Source: Lacipirellulaceae bacterium (lineage in GTDB: Bacteria > Planctomycetota > Planctomycetia > Pirellulales > Lacipirellulaceae). From it: a stretch of DNA of 24,000 nucleotides. The notes beneath the pieces are model-generated. The model was not told the DNA's origin and did not search any database. It worked only from the letters and a program-made list of their open reading frames with translations. Where the stretch lies: positions 206,320 to 230,319 of the forward strand of contig JAVJRG010000008.1 of the NCBI GenBank assembly GCA_040218535.1, in the 5' to 3' direction. The translations under genes were made by a program, and so were the position numbers. Positions 1 through 9,239 of the stretch are shown here, piece after piece (position 1 is the first letter of the stretch; each line of letters begins with the position of its first letter).

Positions 1-869
1 TGCAGTCGTTGTTCGAGCGCGCGGACTCCGCCAAGAAAGTCTTCCGCTGAAGGGACCGCCAGTTCGGCCGCTTCGCTGGGTGTAAGCGCCCGGACATCGG
101 CGGCTAAATCTGCGAGTGTGACATCAATTTCATGACCCACTGCCGAGATCGTCGGCACGCGTGAAGCCGCTAGGGCGCGAATGACCGGCTCCTCATTAAA
201 GCACCACAGATCTTCCATGCTGCCGCCACCACGACCGACCACCAGGACATCGACCGGCTTGCTCAGGCGGTTCGCATCTTTGATCGCGGCAGCGATTTCC
301 TGGGCAGCTGTTTCTCCCTGAACGCGCGTTGGGAAGATCAACACCTCAATGCCCCGCCACCGTCGGCGGAGAACTTCGAGGAAGTCGCGAATCGCTGCAC
401 CCGTGGGACTCGTGACAACACCGATCCGACGGGGGAATTTCGGCAAAGGCTTTTTCCGATCGGTTCGAAACAAGCCCTCCTTTTCCAATCTCTCGCGAAG
501 TTTTTGCAAAGCGAGTTCGAGCGCACCAACGCCCAACGGTTCGATCTTCTCGATCACCAGTTGGTAACTGCCCCGTGGCGGGTAGACATCCAGCCGACCA
601 CGGCAGACAACCTCTAAGCCATCGTAAAGATCGAACTTCAATCGCGAGGCGGTTCCTCGCCAGACGACCGCTCGCAGTTGTGCGGCTTCGTCCTTGAGAG
701 TGAGATAATAGTGCCCTGACTGGGGTCGCGAAAAGTTCGAGATTTCGCCCGAGACCCAGACAGAGCCGAACTCTTGTTCCACCATCCCCTTTAACTGTGC
801 CGTGATTTGGGAGACCGACAGCACGGACCGAGCGGCATCAGCAGGCTCAGGTCTCGTTGCGGTAGGCAT
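1..869 (-). CDS. xseA: Exodeoxyribonuclease VII large subunit; the C-terminal part runs off the window edge
   Basis: A reverse-strand frame is open from the ATG at 869-867 to position 1, with an in-frame TGA five codons upstream. It is missing from the ORF track because no stop lies in the window. My translation, MPTATRPEPADAARSVLSVSQITAQLKGMVEQEFGSVWVSGEISNFSRPQSGHYYLTLKDEAAQLRAVVW...IGVVTSPTGAAIRDF...VVGRGGGSMEDLWCFNEE...ISAVGHEIDVTLADLAAD, shows the OB-fold N-terminus and catalytic core typical of XseA. Confidence 0.92.
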   Translation of the reverse strand, partial: MPTATRPEPADAARSVLSVSQITAQLKGMVEQEFGSVWVSGEISNFSRPQSGHYYLTLKDEAAQLRAVVWRGTASRLKFDLYDGLEVVCRGRLDVYPPRGSYQLVIEKIEPLGVGALELALQKLRERLEKEGLFRTDRKKPLPKFPRRIGVVTSPTGAAIRDFLEVLRRRWRGIEVLIFPTRVQGETAAQEIAAAIKDANRLSKPVDVLVVGRGGGSMEDLWCFNEEPVIRALAASRVPTISAVGHEIDVTLADLAADVRALTPSEAAELAVPSAEDFLGGVRALEQRL

Positions 870-940
870 GGCTGGACCGCCGAGTCACGTTGGCGGTTGA
901 ACGGGCAAAAGTCGTGAGATGTAAGCCCGCCAGTATACGC

Positions 941-978
941 GAAACGCCGGGTGGCTTTGTAGGCCGCCCCGGCGTTTC
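941..978. other. Strong GC-rich hairpin in the DUF374-xseA intergenic region
   Basis: gaaacgccggg (941-951) pairs perfectly with cccggcgtttc (968-978), giving an 11-bp stem. Extra ggc/gcc pairs can form inside the 16-nt loop. It lies 72 nt upstream of the xseA ATG and about 130 nt downstream of the DUF374 stop on the minus strand. No U-tract follows it on the minus strand. Confidence 0.4.
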
Positions 979-1111
979 AAATAACTCTTTTCTGCTCTGT
1001 TACACGTAACCGAACTAGCGGTCTAGGCTTAACCGGAAGCCTCTATTGTCAAGAGAAGATTAGCCGTTGAGCTTGCTAGGCACGGAGTTAGCCTCCCTGT
1101 GACGCTCCGAA

Positions 1112-1936
1112 TCACGCAGCACGTTCCCCCGGGGATTTCGTTTCTCCACACGGGTCAAGGCCGCGACGAGCAAGCTCGTCGGCTAGCACCGATTGCTTGT
1201 TCAACGCGTTCTCTGGTGGCAAACCCTGACGTTTCGCCTTCACTTCACCCTCGCGACTCCCACCGCTCGCAGCCCAGTCTTCGGCTTCTGAGGTCAGCCG
1301 ATTAAGTGTCTGCTCGACGCTTACACGTTGGTCTTCGAGTTCCTCACGACTCAGACCTGCGGGAATGTGTATCTCGGGGCTCACCATTGCACGCACGCGT
1401 GAGAACGGTTTGGGAATCGCGAACTGATCCCAGCTCTTCGCCCGCCACGGTCGATCGTAACCGAAGCCGAGCGCCACAATCGGCATCTGCATCCGCGAAG
1501 CGAGGAACACCGCCCCTTGGGCGAGTTCACGTCGCGGTCCGCGGGGGCCATCGGGCGTGATCGTCAGGTGCATACTCCGACCACGACGCGACATTTCGCG
1601 TAAGGCGCTCGTCGCTCCGTTGTAGGTCGAACCCCGCACGCATTGAAAGCCGAGCCGCCGGCCAACTTGATCGAGAATGTCAGCATCGCGATGTTTGCTC
1701 AACAGCATCGAGAGGTTACAGTTCCCGCGCAAGTAAAGTGGCGTGAGCAGGTACTCGTGCCATAGAACATAAATTCGCGGGCGATCAGCCGGATGGTGCG
1801 CATCGACCAACGGATCCTGAAAGACGGCCCGATAGTCGAGCGTCCGCATCCAAGCTCGAATGCCCCACGAGGCGAGCAGGCCTCCTGCGCGGATGGCCAG
1901 TTTCGGTTTGTCCTCTTGTCGCGTTTTCTTCTTCAT
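1112..1936 (-). CDS. DUF374-type lysophospholipid acyltransferase family protein
   Basis: 274-aa ORF with an ATG start. The core SKHRDADILDQVGRRLGFQCVRGSTYNGATSALREMSRRGRSMHLTITPDGPRGPRRELAQGAVFLASRMQMPIVAL matches the S-x-DG-x-I...G...VRGSS..GG..AL..M...L......ITPDGPRGP pattern I recall for DUF374 proteins. The roughly 60-aa C-terminal tail is low-complexity. Confidence 0.8.
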   Translation of the reverse strand: MKKKTRQEDKPKLAIRAGGLLASWGIRAWMRTLDYRAVFQDPLVDAHHPADRPRIYVLWHEYLLTPLYLRGNCNLSMLLSKHRDADILDQVGRRLGFQCVRGSTYNGATSALREMSRRGRSMHLTITPDGPRGPRRELAQGAVFLASRMQMPIVALGFGYDRPWRAKSWDQFAIPKPFSRVRAMVSPEIHIPAGLSREELEDQRVSVEQTLNRLTSEAEDWAASGGSREGEVKAKRQGLPPENALNKQSVLADELARRGLDPCGETKSPGERAA

Positions 1937-1956
1937 TGTTCTCAGTAGTTCTTCAA

Positions 1957-2304
1957 TTAGCCGGTGAGATCGAGCGAGTTTCCCATCTCTCCTGTTGGGT
2001 CTTTCGCCAGCTTGGGCGATTTCGTTTCAATTGACTCGGTGGCTTCTTCATTTGCATCGGGTCCGGCTTCCCAGAGGCGGCGACCGTCGGCGTCGCGTTC
2101 ACTCGTTTCTTGGTCTTCTTCGGTGGTGCCGATCCCGGAGGCTTCCTCTGCTTTGAGATCGGTTTGCTCAGTGCGCTGCTGCGCACTCGTATCTTGTTTG
2201 GTGCGTTCAGTCGCTCCCGCTTTCTGCGACAGCGGTGCCCCAGCCGCGCTCGCGTTGACGGAAACATTGCTGGCGATGTTCATGGCAAGTTTCTCCAATG
2301 CCAT
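1957..2304 (-). CDS. Small acidic, probably disordered hypothetical protein (115 aa)
   Basis: ATG-initiated ORF 70 nt downstream of the AsmA-like gene and 20 nt upstream of the DUF374 gene, on the same strand. The sequence is rich in E/T/A/Q and has no TM segment. It contains an ERDADGRRLWE motif. I recognise no family. Two other ORFs overlap the same span, and this frame is preferred on spacing and composition only. Confidence 0.5.
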   Translation of the reverse strand: MALEKLAMNIASNVSVNASAAGAPLSQKAGATERTKQDTSAQQRTEQTDLKAEEASGIGTTEEDQETSERDADGRRLWEAGPDANEEATESIETKSPKLAKDPTGEMGNSLDLTG

Positions 2305-2374
2305 TCACGGTCAAAAAATTGAAATCTTTCTGTCTATCGTTTCGCCGCCGAGCTCGCTCAGCGTTCGCTAGTTG

Positions 2375-5300
2375 TCAATTGCGTCGAACTTGCCCCGTTG
2401 CTGTTCGTGGTGCTAACTGCGGACGGTTCGCAGGTGCTGCCTCGAAGTCGCTTTGGATTTGGTTGAGCAGTTGGCTAATCCCTGGGAACGGCTGCTTCTG
2501 AACGATGGGGTCGCTAAACGTGCCATCAACATACAACTGCAAGATCTGCTGATTTGTCCTTTTCACTAGGTTTTTGATCACCGGAATCTGATAGTCGGTT
2601 GGTCCGACTTCCGCGTGGAAAACCAGCTTCAACTCATGATCGAAATTCGTGTAGCCTTTCCCCTTCAAGTTGACTACGTCCCCCAGGAAATCGAGCTGAT
2701 CTAAATAAATATGCTGCCCATCAAGTCGGAAGCGAATATCTCCCTCGCTAAAGGCGCTTTTACTGAGCCTGCCGTTGCGTAGGGTTTTCAAGAGACGCAG
2801 CAAAACCGGCGACTCGTAAATGTCTGCCTCACGAAGATGAATATCTCCCTTGCCGGTCAGTGCGTGGAGCGAACGTCCTGCCCCGGTGATTTCGACATCC
2901 GCATCGATCTTGCCACTCATCTGTTCGGTACTACCAAAACGCTCGACAACCAAACGTGAAAGGTCAACGCCCACGAGGCTCGCTTCTGCTTCGTAACGAG
3001 GTAAGCCGTAGTAAGTTACCTTGGCGTTAGCGGCGATGCGGCCATCGTAAGCAGTGGCTGTCAACGGTTGGGGCGGCCTACCCGACTGGGCGGATGCCTT
3101 TCTACCAAGGAGGCACTGGTTGTCATCCGCCCACATCGGTCCTTTGACGTTGGTGAATTGAACGCCCTCAAACATGACTGTGTCGAGGTCAAGATCGCCA
3201 CGGGAATAATTCCGCTGCCCATCGGACTCACCAACCAATCGAACCGTGCCGTGCAGGTTGTGCAAGTCGATGCCGCATTGCAGGTCGGTCTGCTGGCAAT
3301 TGAGTTGGAAGTCCCAGTCGGCGACGACTGGAGCCATCGGAGAAGCGTCTTTTCGGAAGGAAAGAATCCCTTTGTCGATGCGAAAACTTCCGGTCGGTTT
3401 GAGCGAATCGATCAACTTGCTCAACTTCGGCGGCAGAGCCGTTAGTAAATCACGTCCTACGGCGATCCGATCGACCGTAAGCCCCACCAACTGCATCTGC
3501 CAAGCACCTGTGGGAGAAAAGAAACCGTTGCCATTGGTTAGGATCTGTGTCCGCACGTGCCGCCCGCGGACTTGATCGAGAGTGATCGCCCCTTCGTCAT
3601 AAGTGATCAGCCCGGAGACGTCTTCCATCAAGTAGTCGAAAAACCGTGGCCGCAGCGATGCCGTCTCTGGTCGTGGGCGAATGTCTGCCCGAATCCGCGG
3701 TTTGCCTTGCCCGGTGCGATAGTCCACGTCGGCGGTGAAATCAACGTGCCCTCGAGGTCGCAACTCTGTCCAGGCCTGCTGGACATGCTCGTCGAAGGCT
3801 TCGAAGAGGTTATCGTCCAACGGAACCTGTTCGCCGGTGAACCGTAGTGCGAGAACCGATCCGACAGTGGCAGGCTGTAAATAACCTTGGCAACGAATCT
3901 GCCGACGCCCTTTGGAAACCAAGTCACGGAAAGTCCAACGGTCGTCTTCCGCATAAACCTTGCCGTTGATCCCCCGCAGTGGGTAGGGGAATCGATCGTA
4001 GTTCACTGCTAGGTCAACGAGGCTCATATCGAGTGTCGTTCGCGGCTTCGCACCATCCTGATGGCGATCTATTCGCCAGTTGAAGTCGATCTTCCCGTTG
4101 GGATGAAGCGACTCGATGACTTCACGAGGCTTGGGTGGTAAAGCCGCCAGCATTTTCTTTTCGATCTCAACCTGCTTCCCGGTGATGGTTGCCCATCCAC
4201 GCGCTTCAGGCTTCGGATCGAAAACCTGACCTTTAATTCGAATCGGTTGTCCGCCGCCGTAACCAGTAAGGTCGAGGTCGAGTCGCAAAGGATCGAGACC
4301 CTTTCGGGGGACGACCACGATCGAGCCATACCCGTCATGCAGCCGATAAGGAAATTTATCTGATGTGAAAGAGAGTTCGGTACCCGAAAGAGTCGCGTTG
4401 GGACTCCATGTTCGACCGTCGAAGCTCGCCTGCAGTGTGAGGTCAACGACGCCCTCGGGTTGGAACTTAGCCCACTGAACTTGCAGCAACTCTGGCAGAG
4501 ATTTACGCAGCGACTTATCAAGTGGCAGTTGGACTACACGGGCGGCCAGTGTTGTCGGAGCCGCTGAGGACAGTCCATTACGGCGGGCTGCTCCGGCAAC
4601 GGCAGCGGGACCGCATTGGGCGTGAAAATCTTTGATGGCGAGCTGATTGTCGACAAGTTCAACTTGGCAGCGCAGATTCGTGAGTGGTCGTGGAAGGCGA
4701 GGATGCTCCGCGCGTCCGCCGGCAATCTGTAACTTGGCCGCAGCTTGCGGAGCAGTCTTCAAGTCGCCGGAGACTTGCACGTAGCCCGTCATTTGATAGC
4801 CGAGTTTTAGGCCGGCTAGAGAACGTCCGTGTGGCGAGTGCGTCAGGTGATGATTTAACCATTCTTGGAGGTCATCGTCGAAGGAGAACGAATCGATCCC
4901 CAATTCGCCGCGGTACGCGCCGGTGGCCGGATCGAAGGAAGCGCGTAGCCTGGCTTTTCTTAGTTGCGAGCCAGAGAGCGTTCCGTTGACCGCCACTCGC
5001 TGATCGCTTGCGGGGCTTTCCTTGCTTGACCCGGCAATCGCTAAATTCACATCCCGCACCACAAGCGGCGGCAGTTTGCTCTTTGCTAAATCCGTGTAGG
5101 TGAGAATACCGCTTTCGATGATGATCGGCGGACGGCGCAGTTGCGTTTGCGGTAGCGGCAAGAAGTCTTCCAGATTCAGCCGCCCGCTGGGGTCACGTCT
5201 CACCGAACACCGCGGACGACGCACAACAACCCGCCGTACTTCGGGCACTCCTTGGACCAATTTGGTCAGACTCGCATCGCATTCCAGCAGCAGTTCATCC

Positions 5301-5524
5301 ACGGACAGCAGATGGCTATGCGATTTGGAACTTGCCGCTTCGTCGAATTGCAGATCGTAGATCGCAATCCCATGCCCTTCGATTAGCCGGGCTCCTCCGA
5401 CGCTCACCTGCAGGTGCGGAAACTTCTCTGCGAGTGCCACTTCAGTTCGCTGACGGATCTCGTCCCCCATGTGCGTGTAGTAGTACACGCCAATAACGGC
5501 CACCACCAAGATCACGGCAAGCAA
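2375..5524 (-). CDS. AsmA/TamB-like large envelope protein (1049 aa, N-terminal membrane anchor)
   Basis: The start is TTG at 5524. There is no ATG between it and the in-frame TGA at 5599-5597. A single N-terminal TM helix (LAVILVVAVIGVYYYT) is followed by about 1000 aa of beta-rich sequence. The C-terminal region (GKGDIHLREADIYESPVLLRLLKTL...FSEGDIRFRLDGQHIYLDQLDFLGDVVNLKGKGYTNFDHELKLVF) resembles AsmA_2/TamB-type C-termini. The ORF itself is very likely real. The family call is by eye. Confidence 0.7.
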   Translation of the reverse strand: MLAVILVVAVIGVYYYTHMGDEIRQRTEVALAEKFPHLQVSVGGARLIEGHGIAIYDLQFDEAASSKSHSHLLSVDELLLECDASLTKLVQGVPEVRRVVVRRPRCSVRRDPSGRLNLEDFLPLPQTQLRRPPIIIESGILTYTDLAKSKLPPLVVRDVNLAIAGSSKESPASDQRVAVNGTLSGSQLRKARLRASFDPATGAYRGELGIDSFSFDDDLQEWLNHHLTHSPHGRSLAGLKLGYQMTGYVQVSGDLKTAPQAAAKLQIAGGRAEHPRLPRPLTNLRCQVELVDNQLAIKDFHAQCGPAAVAGAARRNGLSSAAPTTLAARVVQLPLDKSLRKSLPELLQVQWAKFQPEGVVDLTLQASFDGRTWSPNATLSGTELSFTSDKFPYRLHDGYGSIVVVPRKGLDPLRLDLDLTGYGGGQPIRIKGQVFDPKPEARGWATITGKQVEIEKKMLAALPPKPREVIESLHPNGKIDFNWRIDRHQDGAKPRTTLDMSLVDLAVNYDRFPYPLRGINGKVYAEDDRWTFRDLVSKGRRQIRCQGYLQPATVGSVLALRFTGEQVPLDDNLFEAFDEHVQQAWTELRPRGHVDFTADVDYRTGQGKPRIRADIRPRPETASLRPRFFDYLMEDVSGLITYDEGAITLDQVRGRHVRTQILTNGNGFFSPTGAWQMQLVGLTVDRIAVGRDLLTALPPKLSKLIDSLKPTGSFRIDKGILSFRKDASPMAPVVADWDFQLNCQQTDLQCGIDLHNLHGTVRLVGESDGQRNYSRGDLDLDTVMFEGVQFTNVKGPMWADDNQCLLGRKASAQSGRPPQPLTATAYDGRIAANAKVTYYGLPRYEAEASLVGVDLSRLVVERFGSTEQMSGKIDADVEITGAGRSLHALTGKGDIHLREADIYESPVLLRLLKTLRNGRLSKSAFSEGDIRFRLDGQHIYLDQLDFLGDVVNLKGKGYTNFDHELKLVFHAEVGPTDYQIPVIKNLVKRTNQQILQLYVDGTFSDPIVQKQPFPGISQLLNQIQSDFEAAPANRPQLAPRTATGQVRRN

Positions 5525-5712
5525 GCCGAACTTGAAAACGGACCAGCAGGAGTTAACGAAACGAGTGAGGATGGCAGCTTCCTTGCAGCTTCTACGTCAG
5601 CGCGCATCCCGCGCGCACAGTCCTGCCAGATACTAGAAAGAGGCCTTGAGGCTAGCAATACGGTTCCGCATTGAGCCGCGGTGCTTGCACCGCGTTCAAC
5701 ATGGGCTATTGG

Positions 5713-6744
5713 CTACTGCTTGGCCTTATAAACTCGCAGTTCCCGCCCATCGCATTGTGCTAGCAGGTTTGCGGGGAGAGAATGCTTCTTGTCATCGTGT
5801 ACACATTGACAGAGTTCTGCTAGCAATCTCCAGGTCGCATCCGTCATGCCTTGCTCTGGGAAGCCTATTTCTCTCCACGCTAGCCGCAGCACTTCGATAA
5901 CAAGGGTGTCGGAACGATCCAGAAGTGAACTCACACTCAAGGTGAAACCGTGTCGCTGATCTTCGCCGTCTTTAAGACGGCACTTTTCATAGAGCTTGCG
6001 TGCCTGCTGTTCGACCAATTCGTATGTTTCGCCAGCTTGCCTTGAGAGCCTCATCAAAGCGTCGTCAATGCCCTGGTTGAATTCTTCACGCAACAACGGC
6101 AACAAATCGTTCCGCAGCCGATTGCGAGAGAACGCGTTGTCCGCGTTGCTTGCATCTTCACGAAAAGGTTGGTCGATCGAAGCGAGATAATCAAGGATTT
6201 CCTCGCGAGTACAATTAAGCATAGGCCTCATGAGCGTTACGCTCGGTGAGAGCGGTCTCGCTCGGCTCATCCCGCGCAGACCTCGGAGGCCAGTTCCCCG
6301 CAGCAGCCTAAATAGGATGGTTTCCACCTGATCGTCGCGATGGTGGGCTGTCGCCAAGAAGCGGGCGCCCAGGGTGTGAGCCTCCTCGGTCAGTACGTCG
6401 TACCGAAGGTCACGCGCAGCACTCTCAATCCCATCGCCATCCTCCGCAGCCTTCACTACCACAGCTACTCGCCGAGCGACGAACCTCACGCCCAACTGCT
6501 GACACTGCTCTGCGAGCCATCCTTCATCCTCATCCGATTGCGGGCCTCTTAGCTGATGATTGACGTGGACGGCAGTGACGATGCCGGGCCCTCCGCATTG
6601 GTCTTTAAGAGTCCAAATCGCCCGCAACAGTGCCATACTATCGGCACCCCCGGACACGGCAACGACCACGTTAACGGACCTCCAATCGCTCAGTGGCCAG
6701 CTTTCCTCAATGCTGGCTTCGACCGTATGCCTTGGCGATTTCAT
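5713..6744 (-). CDS. tilS: tRNA(Ile)-lysidine synthase (short form)
   Basis: 343-aa ORF with an ATG start. It has the PP-loop motif VAVSGGADSMALL followed by VNHQLRG...A..HH.DDQ.ET.L..L.RG, which is typical of TilS. Confidence 0.9.
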   Translation of the reverse strand: MKSPRHTVEASIEESWPLSDWRSVNVVVAVSGGADSMALLRAIWTLKDQCGGPGIVTAVHVNHQLRGPQSDEDEGWLAEQCQQLGVRFVARRVAVVVKAAEDGDGIESAARDLRYDVLTEEAHTLGARFLATAHHRDDQVETILFRLLRGTGLRGLRGMSRARPLSPSVTLMRPMLNCTREEILDYLASIDQPFREDASNADNAFSRNRLRNDLLPLLREEFNQGIDDALMRLSRQAGETYELVEQQARKLYEKCRLKDGEDQRHGFTLSVSSLLDRSDTLVIEVLRLAWREIGFPEQGMTDATWRLLAELCQCVHDDKKHSLPANLLAQCDGRELRVYKAKQ

Positions 6745-7036
6745 CGGGTATCAGCCAGTTGTGAAGGATATGCTTGGAGGCAGGTGGGCAGATTTTTCGT
6801 AAAGTGTTGCTGCGCTTGTAGTTTACACAGTTTTTGCTATCATGCCTGCAGCTTCACAGAGGGCACTTGTGGCCTTGGTGAAACGTGTTTCATGTCGCTT
6901 CGTACTTGCTCAGCGATTTGAACGCAAACAAACGACGCATCTCAGGCAAAACATGCTTTCGCGCGGTTTGGCAGAGCGTTGTGGATGAAAAGAATCTTTA
7001 TTGATTTGTTGACGGTAGGATCCTTCACTTTTTCTT

Positions 7037-7450
7037 GTGGCGTTTGCGACGGACGAGATGATGCTACTCTTCACACTTTTGCTCGGTTTACTGACACGCT
7101 TCGTGTCGTGGCTTAGCTTGCGTGTCGAGTCCATCGCTCAGAATATTTCAAACAGTTTCGCCACAACCGCGGAGCCGCGGATTGAACGACTCGCAAACTT
7201 GGTTCAAGGTCTGTGCGACCAGTGGACTGAGCCACGCGTTTCTTCGGGATCGATTCGCTCTGGGTCGATCGACTCGGGGCCTAGCCAATCGATTCTGGCG
7301 GGCCGATGTCGCTCCGACGGATTTCAAAAGAAGTGGTTACTGGCCTGGGACTCTCCGGGCCCAGTGACATCACTGAGTTCTTCACTGGGAATTGCCATTC
7401 GACAAGTTCGGTTCGGCGATTCGACAGAACAGTGTTGGCGGTTCCGCTAG
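7037..7450 (+). CDS. Questionable ORF in the tilS-rny gap (hypothetical, possibly not coding)
   Basis: 137-aa ORF with a GTG start and an internal ATG-ATG giving MMLLFTLLLGLLTRFVSW, a possible TM segment. The rest is Ser/Arg/Trp/Cys-rich, and I recognise no family. It is listed only because it is the longest ORF in an otherwise empty 850-nt gap. Confidence 0.2.
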   Translation: MAFATDEMMLLFTLLLGLLTRFVSWLSLRVESIAQNISNSFATTAEPRIERLANLVQGLCDQWTEPRVSSGSIRSGSIDSGPSQSILAGRCRSDGFQKKWLLAWDSPGPVTSLSSSLGIAIRQVRFGDSTEQCWRFR

Positions 7451-7596
7451 CGTTACCAAGTCAATTTTAGTTTCTCCCTCCACAAGCTCACGCCCTCTTG
7501 CGTGATTGCCAAGGTCGATACCCAGTCTTGGGTTTCTGCACCTGTCTGTCGATGCGATAACGCTATTGATAGATATTCTCGGAAAGGGTCCGAAGC

Positions 7597-9198
7597 ATGA
7601 ATAATCAATTACTCTCACTGATTCTGTCGTCACCACCACTTGCAGCGATTGAAGGGTTTCAAGTGGCACTAGTTGCCCTTGTCGCGGCCGGTATGGGCAT
7701 GGGGCTGATCAAGGGCCTCGATTACCTGCGGAAACGCGATGCGGACAAGGAAGCAGCGGACATCATCGGGCGGGCTGAGGTCGAAGCTGCTGCTCGACGT
7801 AAGGAAGCAGCCGTCGAAGCTCGAGAGATGGCCTTGCAGGAAAAGGCTAATCTCGAAAAAGAAAATGAGGAGATTCGTCGTGGCCTGCACGACCGCGAGC
7901 GAAAGCTCGATAAGCAAGAAGACGGCCTTGCTCACCGCCAGGAACAGATGCAGAAGCAAGAAAAAATGGTCGAAGCCAACCAGCGACGGCTCTCCGAGAA
8001 AATCGAAGACGCCGACCAACGCCAGAAGGAGCTCAACGACCTGCTCGATCTCGAACGCCAAACGATGCACCAATTGAGCGGCCTCAATGCGGAAGAAGCC
8101 GAGGCGAAGTTGCTCGAACGGCTTGAAAAAGAGCTTGTTCGTGAGCAAGGCGCAATGATCCTCAAGTACGAAAAGCAGGCGGCTGAGAAGTGCCAGGCAG
8201 TTGGTAGGGAATTGCTGATTACCTCCATCCAACGCTTTGCCGCGGCCCACACGGCAGAATCAACGACCAGTACGGTCGATATTCCCAACGACGATATGAA
8301 GGGCCGTATCATCGGTCGCGAAGGGCGCAACATTCGAGCGCTCGAAAAAGCGACTGGTGTCGATGTGATCATTGACGATACACCCGGCGTGGTGATTGTG
8401 AGTGCCTTCGATCCCGTGCGACGCGAGATTGCTCGCATCTCGCTGAACAAACTGATTGCTGACGGTCGGATTCACCCAACGCGTATCGAAGAGCTGGTAG
8501 CCGAGACGGAGAAGGAAATTGACGGCGAGATTCGCAAACATGGCGAGGAGGCAATGCAAGAGGCACAAGTCTTCGGCCTGCACGACCGAGTAATCGAACT
8601 ATTGGGACGGCTCAAGTACCGAACGAGTTACAGCCAAAACGTGTTGCGCCACTCCATTGAGGTGTCGTTCATCACAGGCATGCTTGCTGAAGAAATGGGG
8701 ATGGATGGTGAATTAGCCCGCCGTGCCGGCTTGCTACACGACATTGGCAAAGCGGCCGATCACGACTTGGAAGGCGGCCATCCGAAGATTGGTGCTGACC
8801 TCCTGAAACGCTTCGGCGAGGGGCCGGAAGTTGTTCACGCAGCACTGGGCCATCACGACGACATTCGCCCCGATATGCCATACACCGTACTGTGTGCGGC
8901 GGCCGACGCTTGCAGCGCGTCGCGGCCCGGAGCCCGTCGCGAGACGCTCGATCGCTACATCAAGCGAATGCAAGAATTGGAAACAATCGCCACGAACTTC
9001 AGCGGCGTTCGTCAAGCCTTCGCCATCCAAGCGGGCCGCGAGGTACGCGTCATCGCCAGCGCCAAGGACACCACTGACGAGTCCGCCGCGAAGATCTGCC
9101 GCGATATCGCGAAAGCGTTTGAGGAGCAACTCACGTATCCCGGTGAGATCAAGGTGACCCTCATTCGCGAAACGCGCGTCACCGAGACGGCCCACTGA
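7597..9198 (+). CDS. rny: Ribonuclease Y
   Basis: 533 aa. It has an N-terminal TM helix, a long charged coiled-coil, a KH domain ([28 protein letters not shown]) and an HD domain (LRHSIEVS...GLLHDIGKA...HH). This is the canonical RNase Y architecture. Confidence 0.95.
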   Translation: MNNQLLSLILSSPPLAAIEGFQVALVALVAAGMGMGLIKGLDYLRKRDADKEAADIIGRAEVEAAARRKEAAVEAREMALQEKANLEKENEEIRRGLHDRERKLDKQEDGLAHRQEQMQKQEKMVEANQRRLSEKIEDADQRQKELNDLLDLERQTMHQLSGLNAEEAEAKLLERLEKELVREQGAMILKYEKQAAEKCQAVGRELLITSIQRFAAAHTAESTTSTVDIPNDDMKGRIIGREGRNIRALEKATGVDVIIDDTPGVVIVSAFDPVRREIARISLNKLIADGRIHPTRIEELVAETEKEIDGEIRKHGEEAMQEAQVFGLHDRVIELLGRLKYRTSYSQNVLRHSIEVSFITGMLAEEMGMDGELARRAGLLHDIGKAADHDLEGGHPKIGADLLKRFGEGPEVVHAALGHHDDIRPDMPYTVLCAAADACSASRPGARRETLDRYIKRMQELETIATNFSGVRQAFAIQAGREVRVIASAKDTTDESAAKICRDIAKAFEEQLTYPGEIKVTLIRETRVTETAH

Positions 9199-9239
9199 TA
9201 TTCTTTGCGGTACGTTTTGCAACATTGCTAGGCCCCCTC

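Noticed and set aside
338-567. Two short ORFs (63 aa minus, 72 aa plus) from the ORF track near the window start
   Set aside because: Both lie inside the much longer open xseA frame, which has clear homology. They are alternative-frame artefacts.
1964-2371. 135-aa plus-strand and 104-aa minus-strand ORFs overlapping the small acidic protein gene
   Set aside because: The plus-strand ORF would be an isolated gene antisense to a co-directional minus-strand string, and it is Ser-rich. The 104-aa frame is Arg/Lys/Pro-rich. I kept the 115-aa frame only tentatively.
7268-7340. tmRNA-like 5' sequence (ggggcctagccaatcgattctggcgggccgatgtcgctccgacggatttc, compared with E. coli GGGGCUGAUUCUGGAUUCGACGGGAUUU)
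   Set aside because: The resemblance is only local. No tRNA-like 3' end (T-arm GGTTCGA.TCC plus a complementary acceptor strand ending in ACCA) lies within about 350-400 nt. That position falls inside rny.
7575-7596. ggaaagggtccgaagc, which resembles the RNase P RNA GAGGAAAGUCCGGGC box
   Set aside because: It lies directly in front of the rny ATG. None of the other conserved RNase P regions (for example ACAGAAnnCGGCUUA in the proper arrangement) are present.
7669-8583. Three minus-strand ORFs (193, 172 and 107 aa) inside rny
   Set aside because: They are antisense shadows of the charged coiled-coil and KH regions of RNase Y. The peptides are low-complexity (L/F/S-rich) and they overlap one another.
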